Shown here: piece by piece, positions 59,101 through 64,000 of the stretch
How the letters are laid out: each line of letters starts with the position of its first letter
How positions within the stretch are numbered: the first letter of the stretch is position 1
Source of the DNA: Lama guanicoe
Taxonomy: Eukaryota
NCBI GenBank assembly: GCA_013239625.1
Contig: MU053376.1
Span: forward strand, 86,833-150,832
Reading direction: 5' to 3'
DNA: 64,000 nucleotides
The notes under the pieces: model-generated
Told to the model about the DNA's origin: nothing
Databases searched by the model: none
The model's input: only the letters and a program-made list of their open reading frames with translations
Program-made: the position numbers and the translations under genes

Positions 59101-61570
59101 ACATTCCCCAGCCACCCTGGACTCCTCCACGCCCAACCCAACACCGAGACCACCAGATCTATTTCCACCAGGTCTGACTCACCCTCCTATTCTCCATCCC
59201 CTCTACCCCCTGCAGTGAAGCTGCCCTAGGGCAACGTTCCTCAGAATGTGGTTCCTTGATCCCCTGCCTCAGGATCACCTGGGGAGCCTGCCAAAATGCA
59301 GATTCCCAGGGTCCAGTGCAAGCCCTCCCAATCAGTCTCCAGGGTGAGGCTTGGACTGTGCACTGAGCAAGCACCCTAGGGTAGTCTCATGCTCAAATTT
59401 GGGAATCCCAGTCCTAGATGGAGCCCATCCAGTGTCTAATTCCCCAACTCCCCCAGTGGCCCTCCCTACCTGGAATCCCCCAACTGCCATCCAAATCTGT
59501 CCTTTGCAACACCGCAAGGCTTCCTTCCCAAATCACAGTCCTGAGTCCTTGGCTCCAACACCTTCACGATGACTCTCCACTGCCTAACTTAACCTTGGCT
59601 CCTGAACCTGGCATTGAAGGCCCCTCACAATCTAGCTCCAACTCACCTCTGCAACCCCATCTCCCGTGACCCATCCCCAAGCCCTCCTGAAGCTCCAGCT
59701 AGCCTCCTCTACTCCCCATCCACAAGCAAGCCATGTTCATGCTGCCTCCTCCAGCCGGAGTGGCCTCTCTTCTCGTCTCTGCCATACCACCTCTGCCAAG
59801 AAGACGTTCCCTGGTGCCCACACCCCAGCGGACATCACACACCCTGCATGGGCAGGTCCTATTTCCACGGATGGTTCCTAAGCTCCTGGAAGGCAGGGCC
59901 CATGTCACCTTCAAGTTTTTTTTTATTGTTTTAAATCCCAATCAGTGAATGTTTGTGAAATGAAGGATTGACTAAATCAGGGTTATTAGGCAATGACCAG
60001 ATCTAAACGCTTCACCTCATCTGAGTGATTGCTTATCACACCTCTGCTTGCGGCAGGTTAAGACAGTTCGGGGCAGGTATCAGCCCCTCAAGAGGCTTGA
60101 TGTAAGCAACTTGGTTTGTCCAGGGTCTAAGGTGTGACAAAAGCAAAGGAAGTTGGCTGGCTCTTCTTCAGGGAGCACTCCCCTCCCCATAAGGTCACCC
60201 CCTCAAGATTACACAGTGACAGTTCAGCCAAAAGCAGCTGTAGCAACAAGGGTCAGGCCTGAGCATCAGGCCTGGACTCTAGTCCTTACATTGCCACTGA
60301 TCGGTGGCACCTTGGGCAAGGCACATGCCTCCTCCGGGCCTCAGTGTTCTCATCTGTCTAATGAAAGTGGTGGGTGGATGCTCAGAGGGTCCTGCTCTCC
60401 GCGCGCTGTTCTATCCTAAGAGGGAAGGCAGCCCTTGTCCCCAGATGACATGTGACATGGAAGGTCTGAGCACAGGCTGTCCTAGACAAATGGTCCCAAA
60501 GCAGTGCTTGGGAATCAGCGAGCAGGAGGATCTATATAAAGTCATGCGTGTGCGCATGTGACACAGACACATGAACGGAATGGTTAAGTATTGTCTTGTC
60601 GTCTTCTGTGTCCTGCTCCCATGAATACATGGAAAAGAGTGATGTCCAACCCCAAGGGGCAACAGGGATGGCTCAGAGACTCACTATGGCCCTTCGGGGG
60701 TGGGCAGGGGTGACCCCAGTCTTTTCTCCACGCCACCATCCTTTTCTCAGCACTCAAGGGTGTGCTGGGGAGTCAGGGATCGGAAGGCGAGAAGGACTCC
60801 CAGGTTAAGGTTCAGGGAACTGTCTGGGGAAAGGTAATGTCAGGATGGGTGGAGGGCGCTCCCTCCCTGGAGAGAGCAGTGAAGAAGTAGGAAGCTGTCA
60901 GCTTGAACAACGTGGGGAGCAGGGGCCCCAGAGGCATGTGGGGACAAGAGGCGTCAAGGTAAGCAGCAGGAAGCTTGAAGTCCCAAGGGCTTGTCGGCTG
61001 ATGAGCTGAGTTCTTCTGACTGACTCTGAACTCAGCCCCACCTCATTCTCAGGAGGGCCGGGCCCTCCTTTCTCACTGCTCAGAAGGCAGCTCAGGGAGA
61101 AAGGGCTCTGGGCTGGGAAACAGACGCCCCGCCTCTGACTAGTCCTGTGACACTGGGCAAAGCTTAATCTCTGAGCTCAGTACCCTTCCAGTAAAACGAG
61201 GAGACGCTGTCCCCGACCCTAGTCCCTGCCACAACCAGCACACTTAAGGAGAAATAAGCACATAGGGACAAAACTGCACATCCAAGTTCCTGAGATTTAG
61301 CCAATCGGCCCAACTCTGCTTGGAAACAGAGACTCAGCAATCAGGACCGAAGCCCCCTAAACCTCCTGTCAGGGTGCGCTGGGGAGGCGAGGTCATACTA
61401 ATGCCGTAGAGACAGCGGCAGCCTTGAACGCTCTCAGATCTTTGTACCTGGGGTTGATTTCATTCTTCACGAGGGTGAAATAATTGTGCATCTTGTGCCA
61501 GAGGGTGGGCTTGGGCAGGCTGCCGTTGGCGTGGATGGTGTGAATCTTGGCCATTTCTAAAGCGATCAGC
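50103..61570 (-). CDS. ETNK2: ETNK2 ethanolamine kinase 2, 3' portion (six coding exons; 5' exons outside the window)
   Basis: Phase-consistent exons encode RLIALEMAKIHTIHANGSLPKP...CHNDLLCKNII (Brenner phosphotransferase motif)...FIDYEYAGYNYQAFDIGNHFNE (choline/ethanolamine kinase motif)...KPQVSALEMPK*. Confidence 0.96.
50330..51110 (-). mobile_element. Old L1 (L1MA/MB-like) ORF2 C-terminus and 3' UTR in the last ETNK2 intron
   Basis: ORF 50479-50823 gives MFIVGLSTIAKRWKQPECPLMDKWINKTW, the L1 ORF2p C-terminal motif; T-rich tail near 50320-50360. Confidence 0.88.
51804..51877 (-). CDS. ETNK2: ETNK2 exon (7), ASHFFWALWALIQNQFSTIDFDFL
   Basis: tgtttccag|GCG ... CTCAG|gtgagt; 74 nt; absent from the ORF track, translated by hand. 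Confidence 0.95.
53475..53620 (-). CDS. ETNK2: ETNK2 exon (6), GVNEVDYCWYPARE...VNKFAL
   Basis: cccgggcag|GT ... CTG|gtgagt; 146 nt. Confidence 0.95.
55299..55346. repeat. 12-bp tandem repeat x4, GCATCCATGCC(T/C)
   Basis: Units at 55299, 55311, 55323, 55335, last base alternating T/C. Confidence 0.95.
55588..55823. mobile_element. MER91-like hAT-Tip100 MITE
   Basis: cagggcccctatttacaattgtgcgggctgtac... ending in tttgtaccaaagtgccacacgggccagcaggaccggctctg. Confidence 0.45.
56033..56116 (-). CDS. ETNK2: ETNK2 exon (5), GHVRFIDYEYAGYNYQAFDIGNHFNEFA
   Basis: ccttgtag|GT ... GCAG|gtgaga; 84 nt, phase 1-1. Confidence 0.96.
56729..56871 (-). CDS. ETNK2: ETNK2 exon (4), SLSADVPKVE...CHNDLLCKNIIYDSTK
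   Basis: cctgtccag|C ... AAAG|gtatgg; 143 nt. Confidence 0.95.
59225..59415. mobile_element. MER5A-like hAT DNA transposon
   Basis: ttcctcagaatgtggt...ggatcacctggggagcctgccaaaatgcagattcccagg. Confidence 0.65.
59480..59975 (+). mobile_element. L2 LINE 3' end
   Basis: ccatccaaatctgtcc...aaggcccctcacaatctagctcc...taagctcctggaaggcaggg...gtgaatgtttgtgaaatgaa. Confidence 0.6.
61448..61570 (-). CDS. ETNK2: ETNK2 exon (orthologous exon 3), LIALEMAKIH...KNEINP
   Basis: Minus strand ttgctgtag|G ... CCCAG|gtacaa; 123 nt, phase 2-2. Confidence 0.95.
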
Positions 61571-64000
61571 CTACAGCAAGAAACAGGAAGATAGAGCATG
61601 AGTGCAGGGCAGGCCCTCCCCAGTTCAGCCCCACCTTGGCCAGAAAGAAATGGCCCTACAAGGTCCACTGGGGCCGAGTGTGGGACTATTACAGATCTGT
61701 TAGGAGCTCTTGGTCCTGCAGGAAGGAGATCTCAGCAGAAGGCATGAAAATAAGATAAGGCTTTCAGTCCAGCAGCTCTGCAGGGAGCAGAAGGGCGCAG
61801 CAGTGGGCTGTTGGCCACAGGTCAGTGGCCGAGCCCCACCCCAAGCTTGTGTACCTACAGAAACCCCTGAGGGCAGAGGGGTCACCTGGGGATGGGGGTG
61901 GCACGCCTCCTCCCCATGTTGGACTCTGACCCATGCCCTCATACCTCAGGGGGAGGTACACGCAGGACACCAAGTGATCGGGGGCGGTGATGCCAGGCGG
62001 GGAAGAAATGCCCATCTTTCATCAGCCTGGCCAAGGTGGGGAGGGAAGCAGGCCAGCCTAGGGCAGCCCCTTCCTCTGCGGCAGGGAGTTGACGCTGGCG
62101 GCTGGGAGCCAAGGACGCAAAACAAACCCGTGTTCTATTTTCAAGTTTTCTGGTGGACGTTATCCAAGGTCCCGGGAGCGAAGGAGGGGGTGGTGGAGAG
62201 AGGCGAGAGCAGAGCTTGGGAAGGCTGCTGGGAGAGGGCGGGGGTGCATGGAGGCCTGACCGGTCAGAGAGGGAGGACCTTGGTAAGGACCCCAGCGTCT
62301 GAGGGTCCTCAGCCAGCTCTCCCTGCGGGAGCCCCACCCCCACCCTGCTGCCAAGCCTCCAACATTCAAGCTTCCTTCGCCTCTGCCTGTTGCTCGAATA
62401 ATAATCACTGGGAAAGACAACAAAGGCTGTTTGAAACCTTGTTACCGAGCTGTTCCAGGGATGCCACCCCCCTTGCCAGGTCCGGGGAAGGGGCCGGACA
62501 TCACCCAACAGGACAGCAGAGCTCCTCCCAAAGCCCCCCCACCCCAGCCTCCCACCTCCTGATAGGTGGAGGGGCGGGTGGAGGGGCAGGTGGAGGGGCA
62601 AGGGGCGTGGCGTCAACCGACTAGGTGAGGGACGAGGGCTGTGTTTTCAGAGGCTAGAGGCTCTGGGCCAGGAGGGAGTCAGTCAGGTTTTGGGCAAGGC
62701 AAGACCTGAGACCCAGGGCTCCCCTTTGCAAAGGAAGATTCGAAAAGAGCCTGAAACAGAGTGTCTCCTTGAATATCAATGGGGCTGTTGTCTGGAATAG
62801 CAATGAAAGTGACCCCAACGCTCAGCATTTCTTTGCTGCAAAGTCTCTGAAGGCAGAGTTGGAAGGCGGGGTTCAGGGGACCATAGGGAGGTGGCTCCTG
62901 AGGCCTGCTCCCTGCCTTTCCCTCCGAGATCCACCTTCACCCCAGAAGGGTAACGGTCTCTCCTGGGAAAGTCACCAAGGAAGGGTCTACCTCCTACACT
63001 TATCCCAGGTGCTGGCTCTCCCCCAAATGTAAAGTTCTCCTTCTTATCAAACCTAAATCCATCTTCAATCTTCCTGACAATGGTAATTGTTCCCATGAGA
63101 AAATGAGTGACAGCACCAGACTCACAGAGGTGGCGGGAGCCTGGGAGTGGTGAGGACCTGCCAGTATCTGAGCTCCTCTGCACAAGACTGAGGGAGAGCT
63201 GGGAGGAGCGCTGTGGGAGAAGTCAGGACAGGGTTCCCTACCCAGCTCCGACCTCGCATCTCCAGCTGGTGCATCTATCAGCTGGAGCTTGAGAAGACCC
63301 CCACACAGGGTTGTATGTTCTGCTGACCTCCAGACACACACACAGGGCTACAACATACAGCTCCACTTGAATATCCTGGGCCCAACCAGCCAGAGAGGCA
63401 GTGCTCAGCAGCAAGGGGACGGGATACACTCAGATTCCCTCCTTCTAAGTCCCTAGAGAGGTTCCCTGCAAATAGGGCCAGTTGCACTAGCTTGAGGGTA
63501 GCAAAGAAATTTCTTGGTTTCTACTCCCTATGTGAGCTTTCCTGTTCCTCCCTGAGATTGGGAAGGCTCCTTCCCCTAAGGTGGGACAGGACACATCCCA
63601 AGGGTCTCAGGCAGACCCCTGTCCCTGGTGTCAGGGGTAAACTGCAGCTTGTCTCTGGCCTCGCTACAGTGTGAGCGCCCTGCATGTGGGCCTGGTGCTG
63701 TGGGGAGGAAGGAGGCTCCTGCCTGACATCCCTGCCCAGCATGGTCAGAGGAGAGCGTTATACCAGCTCCTCTTTGGTTCTCCCCCTTCCAGACCTCACA
63801 CTGGCACCCACAGGGCTTAAAGGTTAAGTCCAATTCCTGGGTCCTACACATCCAGGCATTTACTGGGAGGGGCTCCTGGGGGACCAGGGGTCCTTGTGAA
63901 CCTCTGGAAGGAAGCCTCAGCAGTTCCCCAAATGCGGGCTCCCATCTTGTCAGGAAGCCCAGAAAGAGCTCAGACTAGGGGGAGGGATGGCTTCTCCCCA

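Noticed and set aside
61710..62624. 304-aa plus-strand ORF antisense to an ETNK2 intron
   Set aside because: Non-ATG start, Gly/Pro-rich, no homology recognised; likely chance in GC-rich DNA.
61571..64000. Search for the preceding ETNK2 exon
   Set aside because: No sequence encoding the expected ...EPRLF(R) end found; it probably lies beyond the window.
1..64000. A novel multi-gene system (prokaryotic defence, CRISPR, viral or horizontally acquired insert)
   Set aside because: All recognisable coding signal is explained by SOX13, ETNK2 and an L1 relic; no operon-like ORFs, repeat-spacer arrays, LTR pairs or foreign-composition segments were seen.

Overview
Mammalian genomic DNA, probably camelid: it carries four copies of a tRNA-Ala(AGC)-derived, vic-1-like SINE. 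The window holds two convergent protein-coding genes. On the + strand is the complete SoxD transcription factor SOX13: CpG-island promoter and non-coding exon 1 at ~2.4-3.05 kb, a ~31-kb intron 1, 13 coding exons at 33959-43829 that splice into an intact 615-aa ORF, and AATAAA at 45453. On the - strand are the last six coding exons of ethanolamine kinase 2 (ETNK2, 61570 to 50103, ATTAAA at ~48970); its 5' exons lie beyond the window. The rest is intronic/intergenic DNA with MIR, L2, L1, CR1-like and hAT relics. I found no evidence of an unknown gene or a new biological system; almost all listed ORFs are GC-rich noise or antisense shadows. The most interesting unexplained structure is regulatory: a co-oriented array of near-perfect CTCF motifs across the SOX13 3' end, a SOX-motif-dense AT-rich core within an intronic CpG island, a start-stop uORF with a leaky-scanning ATG layout, an out-of-frame 'poison' donor after exon 2, and a poly(A)-only retro-insertion scar. 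Orthologue comparisons and repeat family names are from memory and were not searched.
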